From assembly GCA_947459245.1 (NCBI GenBank), contig CANHCV010000004.1, positions 12,893 through 76,892 of the forward strand: DNA of 64,000 nt, written 5' to 3'. This DNA is from Bacteroidota bacterium. GTDB lineage: Bacteria > Bacteroidota > Bacteroidia > UBA7662 > CANHCV01. Below the pieces are notes generated by a model that was not told the origin of the DNA, ran no database searches, and worked only from the letters and a program-made list of their open reading frames with translations. Each line of letters starts with the position of its first letter. Within the stretch, counting starts at the first letter, position 1. Positions 18,425-28,523 of the stretch are shown here, in pieces. The position numbers and the translations under genes were made by a program.

Positions 18425-19696
18425 ATGTTAGATATTCGTACCATTCGAGAACAAAAAGACCTCATCGCAGCACGTCTTGCTCGTCGATCCAAAGATTTTT
18501 CCGCCGATTTGGATCAAGTCATTGCTTTGGATGATCAACGGAAAGCCATTCAATTGCAATTGGATACCAATCTCGCCCGACAAAATGAATTGGCTAAATC
18601 CATTGGTGCGTTAATGAAGGATGGAAAAAAGGAAGATGCCGAAGCTGCAAAGCAAGAAGTTGCTCAGTTGAAGATGACTTCGAAGGACATCGAAGAAAAA
18701 AAGATTTCCAAGGAAATGGAAATCAAACAAATCCTTTTAACTATTCCGAACGCTCCGGCAGAACGTGTTCCAATCGGAAAAACTCCCGAAGAAAATGAAA
18801 TCGCTTTTGCCATGCCCGGTTTGCCATCGGTTCCAGAAGGTTCTATACCACACTGGGATTTAGCAAAAAAGTACGATTTGATCGATTTCGAAACGGGAGT
18901 GAAAATTGCCGGCGCAGGGTTTCCGCTCTACAAAGGAAAGGGTGCTCGTTTGCAACGTGCCTTGATCAATTTCTTTTTGGATGAGGCGGAAAAGGCCGGT
19001 TTTCAAGAAGTTCAGCCTCCAATTGTAGTGAACGAAGATTCGGGATATGGAACCGGTCAGTTGCCCGATAAAGAAGGCCAAATGTATTACATCGGTTTGG
19101 ATAACCTTTACTTGGTTCCTACCGCTGAAGTTCCTGTTACCAATATTTTTAGAGATACCATTCTAAAAGAATCCGACTTCCCCATTCAACTTACTGCATA
19201 CACTCCGTGCTTTCGTCGAGAAGCAGGTAGTTATGGAAAAGATGTTCGAGGGTTAAATCGCTTGCATCAGTTTGATAAGGTTGAAATTGTGGTGGTGGAT
19301 CATCCCGAAAATTCATACAGCAGGTTGGAGGAAATGAGGAATTACGTTGCAGGTTTGTTGGAGAAATTGGGATTGCATTACCGAACGCTTTTGTTGTGTG
19401 GAGGAGACATGGGTTTTGCATCAGCCATGACGTATGACATGGAAGTATATTCTGCAGCCCAAGAACGTTGGCTTGAGGTGAGTTCCGTTTCTAATTTTGA
19501 ATCGTTCCAAGCCAATCGTCTTCAGTGCCGATTCAAAGGCGAGGACGGTAAAACGCGATTGGTGCACACCCTGAATGGGTCGGCCCTCGCATTGCCTCGC
19601 ATCGTGGCATCTCTTTTGGAAAATAACCAAACCCCGGAAGGAATTCGAATCCCATCTTGCCTAGTTCCATATACCGGTTTTGACCTTATTTCCTAA
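18425..19696 (+). CDS. serS: Serine--tRNA ligase
   Basis: MLDI N-terminal coiled coil; PTAEVP, CFRREAG, RLHQFDKVE and HTLNGS motifs; TAACTTTG at 18400-18407. Confidence 0.97.
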   Translation: MLDIRTIREQKDLIAARLARRSKDFSADLDQVIALDDQRKAIQLQLDTNLARQNELAKSIGALMKDGKKEDAEAAKQEVAQLKMTSKDIEEKKISKEMEIKQILLTIPNAPAERVPIGKTPEENEIAFAMPGLPSVPEGSIPHWDLAKKYDLIDFETGVKIAGAGFPLYKGKGARLQRALINFFLDEAEKAGFQEVQPPIVVNEDSGYGTGQLPDKEGQMYYIGLDNLYLVPTAEVPVTNIFRDTILKESDFPIQLTAYTPCFRREAGSYGKDVRGLNRLHQFDKVEIVVVDHPENSYSRLEEMRNYVAGLLEKLGLHYRTLLLCGGDMGFASAMTYDMEVYSAAQERWLEVSSVSNFESFQANRLQCRFKGEDGKTRLVHTLNGSALALPRIVASLLENNQTPEGIRIPSCLVPYTGFDLIS

Positions 19697-21345
19697 TGAG
19701 AAAAATTGTCCTCTCTTTCCTTTTCCTTTGGATTGGCCTTGCATCTTCCGCTCAGTTAAGTGGAGATTTACAAGTAAACCAGAACTTTTTTATTCTGGAT
19801 TCAGCAATTTTCCCCAATGGAAACGTAATTCCTCCCCAATACTACCAGCAACTTTCATCCACTGAAGGTTGGCTAACGATGAATTACCGACATGATGACT
19901 ACACCTTCGGTATTCGTTACGATTTGTTTCAAAACAGTGGTTTAAGGAATCCGCAAGCGGCGTACAACGGACAGGGATTAGGCTATTGGTTTGTTCAGAA
20001 AAAAACAGATAACCTTGAAATTACTGCAGGTTATTTCTACGAGCAATTTGGTTCTGGAGTTGCTTTCCGGGCTTACGAACAGCGCGGCCAAAATTTGGAT
20101 TATGCCATTATGGGAATGCGGGCAAAATACCAGTTTTCCGATAAATGGAGCATGAAGGCATTTACGGGTAAGCAGAAATTTCTTTTTGGAACGTATCAAC
20201 CGGCCATCAGCGGGGTTTTTACCGAAAGAGAATTTCAACTTTCTGAAAATTTCAGATTCAACGCGTACACTTCGGTGGTTAACCGCGTTATGGATAATTC
20301 TGATGCTCAAACCATTTTGAATAATGTGAATTTACAAGCTCTTCAAGAACGATTTGACGTTCGAAGAAACGTGTGGATTTACAACGGTGGAATTCAAGCC
20401 GATTACAAAAACTTTAGTTTTCAGGGAGAGGCAAACTTTAAAACCCGTGAAGCCATGAACGATAATAAAATTGATACGTTGGTGGATGGATCAGGGAATG
20501 TAAGTTACACGCAAAGAAACATTCTTGTGAATAAACCCGGCACCGTACTTTTCGGCTCGGTTAGTTATTCCAAGCCGGGATTAGGGGTTACGGCTCAATT
20601 CAAACGAACCGATCATTTCGATTTTCGCACGTCTCCGAATGAAATTCTAAACAATGGCTTGGTTTCCTTTCTGCCTCCCATTGCCAGAATGAATACTTAC
20701 CGATTGCCTAGTCGTTATGCCCCTGCAACCCAATTGATCGGTGAGCAAGGTTTTCAAATCGACGTTTCAAAACGCTTGAATAAAAAACACGATGTTGCTG
20801 TTAATCTCGCTCAAAGCACCGATTTAAGGAATCAATTGCTGTACCGAGAGGTTTATTTGGAAGTGAAGTCGAAAATTGGAACGAAAGTCAAAGCGGTTTA
20901 CGGTGTTCAATACCTCAATTATAATTTTGGGGTGTATCAAAAACAAGAAATTCCCGGTACCAACGGAAATACGACCGATAAATTGGTTCGTGCTGTTACT
21001 CCTTACATCGACGTTACTTACAAAATTGATCGGAAAAAGTCGCTTCGCATGGAACTATCTCACATGTCTACACAACAAGATCTTGGGTCATGGTGGTGGG
21101 GATTGCTGGAGTACAACATTGCGCCGAAATACAGCTTTTCCATTATGGATATGTGGAATTATGGGAATCCAAGAGCTAACGAACGAATTCATTATTACAC
21201 CATTTTTGGTGCAGTGAATTTTGGTAAAAACCGTTTAGCTGGTGGATACGTTAAGCAAGTTCAAGGCGTGGTTTGCAACGGTGGCGTTTGTAGGGTTGAA
21301 CCCGCATTCAATGGATTTCGTTTTACCTTAACCTCAACGTTTTAA
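19696..21345 (+). CDS. DUF6029-like outer-membrane beta-barrel protein
   Basis: Signal peptide, amphipathic strands, FYEQFGSG, C-terminal CNGGVCR.EPAF.G...TSTF; family recognised from memory. Confidence 0.75.
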   Translation: MRKIVLSFLFLWIGLASSAQLSGDLQVNQNFFILDSAIFPNGNVIPPQYYQQLSSTEGWLTMNYRHDDYTFGIRYDLFQNSGLRNPQAAYNGQGLGYWFVQKKTDNLEITAGYFYEQFGSGVAFRAYEQRGQNLDYAIMGMRAKYQFSDKWSMKAFTGKQKFLFGTYQPAISGVFTEREFQLSENFRFNAYTSVVNRVMDNSDAQTILNNVNLQALQERFDVRRNVWIYNGGIQADYKNFSFQGEANFKTREAMNDNKIDTLVDGSGNVSYTQRNILVNKPGTVLFGSVSYSKPGLGVTAQFKRTDHFDFRTSPNEILNNGLVSFLPPIARMNTYRLPSRYAPATQLIGEQGFQIDVSKRLNKKHDVAVNLAQSTDLRNQLLYREVYLEVKSKIGTKVKAVYGVQYLNYNFGVYQKQEIPGTNGNTTDKLVRAVTPYIDVTYKIDRKKSLRMELSHMSTQQDLGSWWWGLLEYNIAPKYSFSIMDMWNYGNPRANERIHYYTIFGAVNFGKNRLAGGYVKQVQGVVCNGGVCRVEPAFNGFRFTLTSTF

Positions 21346-21346
21346 C

Positions 21347-22198
21347 ATGAAGAAGTTCTTTTTTGGAATGGCAATTTTGGGAAGCATCGCTTCGTGTTCC
21401 GAAATTCCATTACCCTATGATCAATCGAAAGGTAGTTTGAAAGATACCACTTATGTTGGTCCTGTAGAATCGCCTCAGTTAAGAAATGTTTTGGTAGAAA
21501 AGTCAACCGGAGTTCAGTGCAATAATTGCCCGAAGGGCGATGCTGCTATCAAGCTTTTTGATTCCATTTATCCGAATAGAATTGTTGCGGTAGGAATCCA
21601 TAACGGTTTTCTCGCCAATCCACATAAAGCTGGTGAGGACACCTTGAAAACCCAATTTGGAGAAGACATCATTACTTATTTAGGGTTCCAAGCACAACCT
21701 TCTGCAGGCATCAATCGACGTAAATTCGATTCTCAACCCAACTTGTTGGTGGCCCTTCCTTTTTGGAAAAATTTGGTCGATAGCCAACTGACCACTTCAA
21801 CGCCCATCAATCTTTCTTTGGGTCAAATTTCTTACAATGCCTCCAATCGAACGGTTACGTTTGCCATCACAGGGAAGTTTACCCAACCCGTTTCTGGTGC
21901 ACTGAATTTGAGTGTAATGGTGGTGGAAGATAAAATTGAAGCCGAGCAAAAAATGCCTGATGGCACTTACAACTCCACCTACGAACAAGAGCACGTTTTA
22001 AGAACCATGTTTACACCTGCTTTGGGTACCCCATTGAACCTGCCCGATCAAAATGCGGGAAGGGTGTTTACCAAGGTTTACGAGGAATCGCTTCCCGCCA
22101 AAATAAAACCGGAAAATGCTAAATTGGTGGTATTTATTCACCGAAGCAGTCCCGGACAAACCGAAGTGCTTCAAGCCATTCAAGCCAAACTAAAATGA
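21347..22198 (+). CDS. Omp28-related lipoprotein (thioredoxin-like plus Ig-like domain)
   Basis: Lipobox IASC; VLVEKSTGVQCNNCP, GIH, QP...INR and HVLR motifs. Confidence 0.8.
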   Translation: MKKFFFGMAILGSIASCSEIPLPYDQSKGSLKDTTYVGPVESPQLRNVLVEKSTGVQCNNCPKGDAAIKLFDSIYPNRIVAVGIHNGFLANPHKAGEDTLKTQFGEDIITYLGFQAQPSAGINRRKFDSQPNLLVALPFWKNLVDSQLTTSTPINLSLGQISYNASNRTVTFAITGKFTQPVSGALNLSVMVVEDKIEAEQKMPDGTYNSTYEQEHVLRTMFTPALGTPLNLPDQNAGRVFTKVYEESLPAKIKPENAKLVVFIHRSSPGQTEVLQAIQAKLK

Positions 22199-23430
22199 AA
22201 TCCCTCCCGCGGATAGCCATCATTGGTGCTGGTCCGTCGGGTAGCACGTGTTCATTTTTTCTATCTCGATTTCAAATTCCCCATGTTCTAATTGATGCCG
22301 CTGAATTTCCGCGCGATAAAATATGCGGAGATGCCATCAGCGGAAAAGCATTGCATATTCTTCGGAAAATGGACTCCCAAGCAGTGGAAGATCTCCATTC
22401 AAAAGCCGGGTTTACCGATACTTGGGGGATTTCATTCACTGCGCCAAACGGGAAAAAGCTCGATATTCCTTTCAAAAAAGATAAAAAAGAAGATGATTTG
22501 CCAGTTGGATTCGTTTCCAAGAGGTTGGATTTCGATCATTACTTATTTCAGAAAGCGCAATCAACTTTTGCTCAGATTCGAACCAATACGTCCTTGGTAG
22601 GCATTCAAAAAGGTCCCAATGGTGTAGTTTTAGAATTGAAGAAGAATGGATTGATGGAAACGATGGAGGTAGATTGGGTGATCGGTGCCGAAGGTGAGCG
22701 ATCCGTGGTTGCAAAGTCTTTAGCCGATTACCGAAAGGAGCCCCGACATTTTTCAGCGGGCATTCGGCAATACTGGAGAGGCGTTACCCAATGCCATTCA
22801 GAAAATTACATTGAACTCCATTTTTTAAAGGATTTACTTCCCGGTTATTTTTGGATCTTCCCTATGGCGGATGGAACCTGCAATGTAGGTTTGGGAATGC
22901 GATCCGATCGGGTGAGCAAAGGGAAGGTGAATTTGAAAAAAGAATTGGATCGAATCATTCAAGAACATCCCCAATTCAAAGATCGTTTTCAACAGGCCGA
23001 GGCCTTGGAAATGCCCAAAGGATGGGGTTTGCCGATGGGTTCCAAGCAACAAACCATCGCAGGAGACGGATTTTTACTGTTGGGCGATGCGGCTGCGTTG
23101 ATTGATCCATTTACCGGAGAAGGCATTGGGAATGGCATGAAATCGGGTTGGATGGCCGCCGAACTGATACGAGATTGTTGTGAAAATGGGTCATGGGCAT
23201 CGCTTCCTTCGAGGTACCAGCAACGGGTTTACCGGAGTTTGGGCGATGAATTACGGGTAAGCGACTTTCTTCAACGGTCGTTGGATTTTCCCTGGTTATT
23301 CAATGCCGTTGTTAGGAAAGCAAATAATAGTCCGCTTCTGAAAGAAACGCTGATTTGCATGTTTGAAGATGTAGATCTCCGGCAGCAGTTGCGCAAACCC
23401 AAGTTTTATTGGGATTTGTTGGTGAAATAA
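22195..23430 (+). CDS. Geranylgeranyl reductase family FAD oxidoreductase
   Basis: GAGPSG, FPRDKICGD, GYFWIFP and GDAAALIDPFTGEGI motifs. Confidence 0.9.
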   Translation: MKSLPRIAIIGAGPSGSTCSFFLSRFQIPHVLIDAAEFPRDKICGDAISGKALHILRKMDSQAVEDLHSKAGFTDTWGISFTAPNGKKLDIPFKKDKKEDDLPVGFVSKRLDFDHYLFQKAQSTFAQIRTNTSLVGIQKGPNGVVLELKKNGLMETMEVDWVIGAEGERSVVAKSLADYRKEPRHFSAGIRQYWRGVTQCHSENYIELHFLKDLLPGYFWIFPMADGTCNVGLGMRSDRVSKGKVNLKKELDRIIQEHPQFKDRFQQAEALEMPKGWGLPMGSKQQTIAGDGFLLLGDAAALIDPFTGEGIGNGMKSGWMAAELIRDCCENGSWASLPSRYQQRVYRSLGDELRVSDFLQRSLDFPWLFNAVVRKANNSPLLKETLICMFEDVDLRQQLRKPKFYWDLLVK

Positions 23431-23433
23431 CGA

Positions 23434-25371
23434 TTATTTTTTGGGAAGAATGAACGACCAGGGCTCTTTGAGTATGGTCCAAATGACGTGTCGAAAAAGC
23501 CCTGGTGTTTCTCCGAACTTGATTCCCCTGCTTCGCACGGCTACCAACATACTTAATCCAAAGCTGAAAACCACATTGATGGTAGCAACGCCAAGCACTC
23601 CCAAAACAAAATGCCAGATGTGCCAGTTGTTCGGCAATTGGTTATCCAAACTTTGAAATGCAACACCAATGTTTCCAAAAACAAAGGTTACGTGTCGAAT
23701 ATCGATGGGAAGACCGAGGATGAGTCCGAAGAAAGAAGCTGTTCCTAGGAAAAACCCTAGCGAGAAGTTACCCGCCAAGTTGCTAAGGTTGTGTTCAATA
23801 TAATTGGAGATTTTGATGGTCCTTTTTACACCGAACAATTGCTTGAAAGCCAAACTGTTTTTGATCCTTGCCGGCAATCGGTCGTAGTTCATTTTGTTTT
23901 CTACAAAGCCGGCAATCAATCCCGACAGCATGAGGAAAACACCCGTAAGGATGGCATAAAAGAATAATCCCGATTCCCACGGGTGGTTGTTCTTGAGCGT
24001 AATTTCCGCTTCTTCAAGAGTTAACAAGGAACTTCCCGTTTGAATTTTCCATAAATATGCCCACAAATAAGCGAAAGGGCCTACCAGCATCAAATTCCCA
24101 ATCAATGCAACCGTTTGGGTGCTCGAAATCCGCTTCACCAACCGGGTAAAATCTACCTTGATGTTTTCTAAACTTGAGTTTTTACGAATAGCCCCTGCCA
24201 AAGTACTGGCTGTCATGGAAGGTTGTTTGGTGGCAATGGTGAATCCAAATGTTTGAACTATGGTGAATCCTAGTCCATAATTGAAACTGAATAGCAATGC
24301 TTCAATGAGCGGTGGGGCGTGAAGAAAATGAAGCAAGGTTTTGGTTAGAACCATGATGGAAACGATAAATCCGCCTCCCATGGCAGCTTTTAGCATAGCG
24401 AACCATGCTTTTCTGCCAACCGCTATGAAATTTTCTCCTTTTCGCGAGGTTTGTTCAACAATTTTGTAGGCAAGCACATTCAGGGTGTCTTCCAACATGG
24501 GGCGAATGTGTTTTTTCTCAAATTCGTTTTTCAGAAGGGACTGAACCAAATGAAACATCGCCTCTTGGGCATTGGGATCTTTTGGTTGATGGTAAATAAG
24601 AAGCAGTTGGCGAATTCTAGAAATCTCCAATTCCATCCGCTTCAAGGTAAATGCCATTCGTAACGAAATTCCAAACTGGTCTTTGTGCCGTTGAAGTTGT
24701 TTCAATTGAAGTTCAACCTCGGCAATGTTTTCCCAAACCAAAATGTAATTGGGCTCCGTTCTACCTTCTTCGGTAAGGAAATGATGCATTTGGTGTTGAA
24801 GTTGCACCATGGGAGAAAGAACTTCATTCTCAATTTTTAGTTTCTCGATAACTTCAGGCAATAGCCCTTCTGACGCTAAGCGAGTGGTTAAAATGATCAA
24901 TGCGTCGCGAATTTCTCCCCGCATTTTTAAGCGGATGCCTTCAGGAATGGAGTCGAAAAATCGAAGTTTTTGGAACAATTCCCGGAGATTTCCGTGGGTA
25001 AATACGTGTTTTATGATCGCTCGATCTTTGGCAAGGAGGATTTTGGAAAGGTGGTCGTCCAAAGAGTTGGGCGAATACACGGGAGCAATGATTTTTGAAC
25101 CAAAACGTTTGTTCAATTCCGACCAAAATCCTTCGTATCCAAGAATTCCATTTTGAGCGAATGCCCACTGAAATTCGGTATGGTCTAAAAACCAATGCAT
25201 CATTTCGAGGAATTTATCCCTAGCGAAAGCATTGGTTTCTATTTCGTGAACAATTTTCTCCCATTGCAATTCTGCATTAACGCCTAAATGCAAAAAGCTC
25301 AGCATCTCCCGAAATCTTCGGTATTTGCCCATTCGGGGTTCGGTTAGAAAAACGGGTTGAAGCTGAATCAT
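23434..25371 (-). CDS. Gcr/'site-specific recombinase' family membrane protein (probable FNT-like channel, see findings)
   Basis: ATKQPSMTA, NYGLGF and DIRHVTF family motifs; six hydrophobic helices in the C-terminal half. Confidence 0.8.
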   Translation of the reverse strand: MIQLQPVFLTEPRMGKYRRFREMLSFLHLGVNAELQWEKIVHEIETNAFARDKFLEMMHWFLDHTEFQWAFAQNGILGYEGFWSELNKRFGSKIIAPVYSPNSLDDHLSKILLAKDRAIIKHVFTHGNLRELFQKLRFFDSIPEGIRLKMRGEIRDALIILTTRLASEGLLPEVIEKLKIENEVLSPMVQLQHQMHHFLTEEGRTEPNYILVWENIAEVELQLKQLQRHKDQFGISLRMAFTLKRMELEISRIRQLLLIYHQPKDPNAQEAMFHLVQSLLKNEFEKKHIRPMLEDTLNVLAYKIVEQTSRKGENFIAVGRKAWFAMLKAAMGGGFIVSIMVLTKTLLHFLHAPPLIEALLFSFNYGLGFTIVQTFGFTIATKQPSMTASTLAGAIRKNSSLENIKVDFTRLVKRISSTQTVALIGNLMLVGPFAYLWAYLWKIQTGSSLLTLEEAEITLKNNHPWESGLFFYAILTGVFLMLSGLIAGFVENKMNYDRLPARIKNSLAFKQLFGVKRTIKISNYIEHNLSNLAGNFSLGFFLGTASFFGLILGLPIDIRHVTFVFGNIGVAFQSLDNQLPNNWHIWHFVLGVLGVATINVVFSFGLSMLVAVRSRGIKFGETPGLFRHVIWTILKEPWSFILPKK

Positions 25372-26501
25372 TAAAAATCAAATTCTCGTTCGCTGATATC
25401 AATGCCCATCAATCGAAACATCTGAGCCATGTCCATGGGGCGGGTTTGATCGTTGTTGCTCAAAACAATAACGCACGCATTTCTTTTGGGGATGCGGAGG
25501 AAATTATTTTTAAAGCCGTTCCACCAACCGCGGTGGTAAACGATCCCACTTCCATCTTTAAAAAGTCGCCATCCCAAACCGTAGTCTTTTATTCCCTTCA
25601 TTTCCGGACTTCCTGCGTACATTTTCCGCTGAATCGAATCCGATAACAGAAAGTTGTTTTCTAAGGCAACGTGGAATTTCAGCAAGTCAAGGGCCGAGGC
25701 ATAAATGCCTTTGTCTCCAACAATTCCATCAATCAATTTATCGTTTCGGGCATATTTTCCACTGAATCCGATGGCTGAATTTTCGGTTCTCGGTGCATAT
25801 CCATTTCTGAAAATGAAAGAATTGTACATGCCAATGGGCTCAAAAATTTCCTGATCCACAAAATCTTCAAAAGGAGCTTGGGTAACTTGTTCAACAATGC
25901 AAGCCAATAACGCGTAATTGGTATTGTTGTAACGGAAAAACTGACCGGGTTTGGTGTAGGGAGCGGGTTTCTTCTCAACCATGTACTGAACCAATTGTTC
26001 GTTGGTTATGGGCTCGCCTCCATTGTAGCTTTTTGGAAGGAAATTCAGGTAATCGGGTAAGCCACTGCGGTGATTGAGAAGCATTTCTACGGTTACTTTG
26101 GGGTAGGGGATACCAGGAAAAAACTGGGGCAAAGTATCGGAAAGCGAAATAATCCCGCGTTCTACCAAGATCATCACCGCGGAAGAAGTAATGGTTTTAC
26201 TCACCGACGCCAATTGAAAGGAGGTGTTTAAATTCAAAGAATCCAAGGTTCTCCAATCGCGAACACCGTAAGAATTCCAAAATACCTGCCCATCGTTAAA
26301 TAAAACAACACTTCCATTGAAATGCCCCGACTGGTGCAATCGCTTGAAATACTGATCTATTTTTTGATGCGTTGCAGAATCAAAGGGTTGAAGCGAGTTT
26401 AAATAAATGGTCTCAGGATGAAGCGGAACAGGTGGATCTCCCGCAAAACTGAATTGGGATAAGCAAAAAGCGCAAAGGAGTAAAAAGAATCTACAAAGCA
26501 T
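25371..26501 (-). CDS. Serine hydrolase, beta-lactamase/PBP-like family, secreted
   Basis: FQLASVSK (SxxK), LLNHRSGL, YNNTNY (YxN) and HRGWW motifs. Confidence 0.9.
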   Translation of the reverse strand: MLCRFFLLLCAFCLSQFSFAGDPPVPLHPETIYLNSLQPFDSATHQKIDQYFKRLHQSGHFNGSVVLFNDGQVFWNSYGVRDWRTLDSLNLNTSFQLASVSKTITSSAVMILVERGIISLSDTLPQFFPGIPYPKVTVEMLLNHRSGLPDYLNFLPKSYNGGEPITNEQLVQYMVEKKPAPYTKPGQFFRYNNTNYALLACIVEQVTQAPFEDFVDQEIFEPIGMYNSFIFRNGYAPRTENSAIGFSGKYARNDKLIDGIVGDKGIYASALDLLKFHVALENNFLLSDSIQRKMYAGSPEMKGIKDYGLGWRLFKDGSGIVYHRGWWNGFKNNFLRIPKRNACVIVLSNNDQTRPMDMAQMFRLMGIDISEREFDF

Positions 26502-26610
26502 ACCACAAGAACGAGAAAAGCGCGCATTGAATCAATAAGCCATCTGCAAGTAGACGTTAAAATTCTCCTAAAATGGACAATTGCACAACCTCTTTTCAAC
26601 AATGTTGAAA

Positions 26611-28506
26611 TTAGCGCATCAATCTTTTGATATCCATTTTGGAATTCCAGTGCCTTAAATACTCGTTTTTTAACGCTTCTTCAATTTTTTCAAAATTGCT
26701 TTCGGAATAATTGAACACGTAATTTTTGTTTTTTCCTGGATTAGGAATCGGAACTCCTACCCAAGTTTTCCGACCGAGGAAAACGGAAAGTAGGTTGGTA
26801 AAAATGAGGTTTCTTCTTTTCGAAATTAGAAAATAAGGAAAAGTGAAGAAGAAAAAAAGGCAAATCAATAGGTCTAAAATTCGTTTGTTTCGTTGATTTG
26901 AGGGGGAGAAATAAGCCAAATTGAAATCTTTGCTGTACAATACCCCAGGTGTTTCAACCGATTGAGAGCCAATGATGAATGAACTTTCTTTGGGAACAAT
27001 TTTGAAGACGTATTTCTTTTTCAATTGCTCCATGCTTTGAATGATGCTAGTATTGGAAAGGGACGCGCCACAAAAAATGATTTGCTCCAGTTGTAAGTCA
27101 GATGCAATTTTGGGTAGCTCAAGGAAATTGCCGAGGCCATGGGTTGCAGAAGAAGGATTGATGTAGCCTAAATAACGAATGGAGGAATTGGCTTTTTGAA
27201 GAAGGCCTAAAACGCGTTCAACTTCCATTTCCGAGCCAATCATGATGGTTCTTAAATCGGTTTGAGAATCGTTTTTCCATTGGCCTAAACCAATTCTAAT
27301 CAACAGCCATCGGAAGCCAATGAGGCCAATGCCTCCCACGAGTGCTCCAACCAACAACATTCCTCTCGAAAATCGAACCGACTCATCCAATAATCCGTAG
27401 GCAGCTAACGTGATGGTTGTTCCCACGGCCAATCCTCGAAGCAATTTCCAAGGTTTGAACGGACGATCGTATCCTCCTGAAAAATACATCGAAAGCAACC
27501 AAACGAAAATGTAAGCCGGAACAAATCCAAACAGAAAAACATCGGGGTAGCGAACCCCATCCATTTCTTTGATGTTTCGCTCCCAATATCCTTCTAAAAA
27601 ATAAAAAAGGGTCCAAAGGAGCGAAAAATCGAACAAAGGGAGCAAGCTTTTTTGAATCCTGTGCGATAAATAGGCCCAAATGGCTTTGCCAATGATGGCC
27701 GGATAGAGCAAGGTGGAGAGGAGGAAGGCCTGCCCTTTGGTAAAGTACCTTTTTGCGAAAATGATCATGGCTCCGTAAAAGGCTTTTACATAACTATAAC
27801 TCTCTTTTCGAGTACTTTCTCCTTTGTAGTGAATGATGGGGGTGTAGGGGAAGTAATGATTTTCGTAACCTGCTAATCGAATGCGATGCGACAAATCGAT
27901 GTCTTCACCGTACATGAAATAAGTTTCATCCAATAAACCTATTTCATCCAAGACCGATTTTCGCATCCACATGAAAGCACCGGCTAATACCTCTACTTTT
28001 TGGGGCATGGTTTCCGATAAATTTCCGTGGTAATAGGCCCCAAAACGCGGATGTTCCGAAAATAATTTAGAGAGTCCTGTCATTTTGTAAACAGCAACCT
28101 CGGGCGTTGGTAGTCCTCGCTTGGATTCTGGCAAGTAAACGCCCGAACCATCCAGCATTTTTACCCCAAGTCCACCCAGTTTTGGATGCTCCTGGCAATA
28201 ACTCAAAATTTCTTTAAAACAATTTTCTGGTACAATCGTATCGGGATTAAGCAATAAAACCCATTCGCCCCTCGCCAAGCGAATGGCTTGATTATTGGCT
28301 TTGGAAAATCCAACATTGTTCTGATTTGCAATGAGTTTAACTTGAGGGAATTGGAGTTTGATCCATTCCACCGACCCATCCGATGAGTTGTTGTCTACCA
28401 CAAAAACTTCCGCTTCCAAATCTTGGGTAGCAGCAAAAACGCTTCTCAAGCACTGCTCTAGAAAGTATTTGACGTTGTAATTGACAATGACTACCGTTAG
28501 TACCAT
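26611..28506 (-). CDS. GT2 glycosyltransferase fused to a TM region and a WcaJ-like C-terminal region
   Basis: VIVNYN, VDNNSSD, LLNPD and YGEDID motifs; then several TM helices, a Rossmann-like segment and KRILD. Confidence 0.88.
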   Translation of the reverse strand: MVLTVVIVNYNVKYFLEQCLRSVFAATQDLEAEVFVVDNNSSDGSVEWIKLQFPQVKLIANQNNVGFSKANNQAIRLARGEWVLLLNPDTIVPENCFKEILSYCQEHPKLGGLGVKMLDGSGVYLPESKRGLPTPEVAVYKMTGLSKLFSEHPRFGAYYHGNLSETMPQKVEVLAGAFMWMRKSVLDEIGLLDETYFMYGEDIDLSHRIRLAGYENHYFPYTPIIHYKGESTRKESYSYVKAFYGAMIIFAKRYFTKGQAFLLSTLLYPAIIGKAIWAYLSHRIQKSLLPLFDFSLLWTLFYFLEGYWERNIKEMDGVRYPDVFLFGFVPAYIFVWLLSMYFSGGYDRPFKPWKLLRGLAVGTTITLAAYGLLDESVRFSRGMLLVGALVGGIGLIGFRWLLIRIGLGQWKNDSQTDLRTIMIGSEMEVERVLGLLQKANSSIRYLGYINPSSATHGLGNFLELPKIASDLQLEQIIFCGASLSNTSIIQSMEQLKKKYVFKIVPKESSFIIGSQSVETPGVLYSKDFNLAYFSPSNQRNKRILDLLICLFFFFTFPYFLISKRRNLIFTNLLSVFLGRKTWVGVPIPNPGKNKNYVFNYSESNFEKIEEALKNEYLRHWNSKMDIKRLMR

Positions 28507-28523
28507 ACCAACGTGCAAGATAT

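Noticed and set aside
23434-25371. Calling this gene a mobile element or integrase because of its family name
   Set aside because: It is a multi-pass membrane protein with no recombinase motifs, and there are no att sites or flanking repeats
25371-26501. Antibiotic-resistance beta-lactamase
   Set aside because: SxxK and YxN motifs are shared across a broad esterase/peptidase family; nothing here specifies beta-lactam hydrolysis
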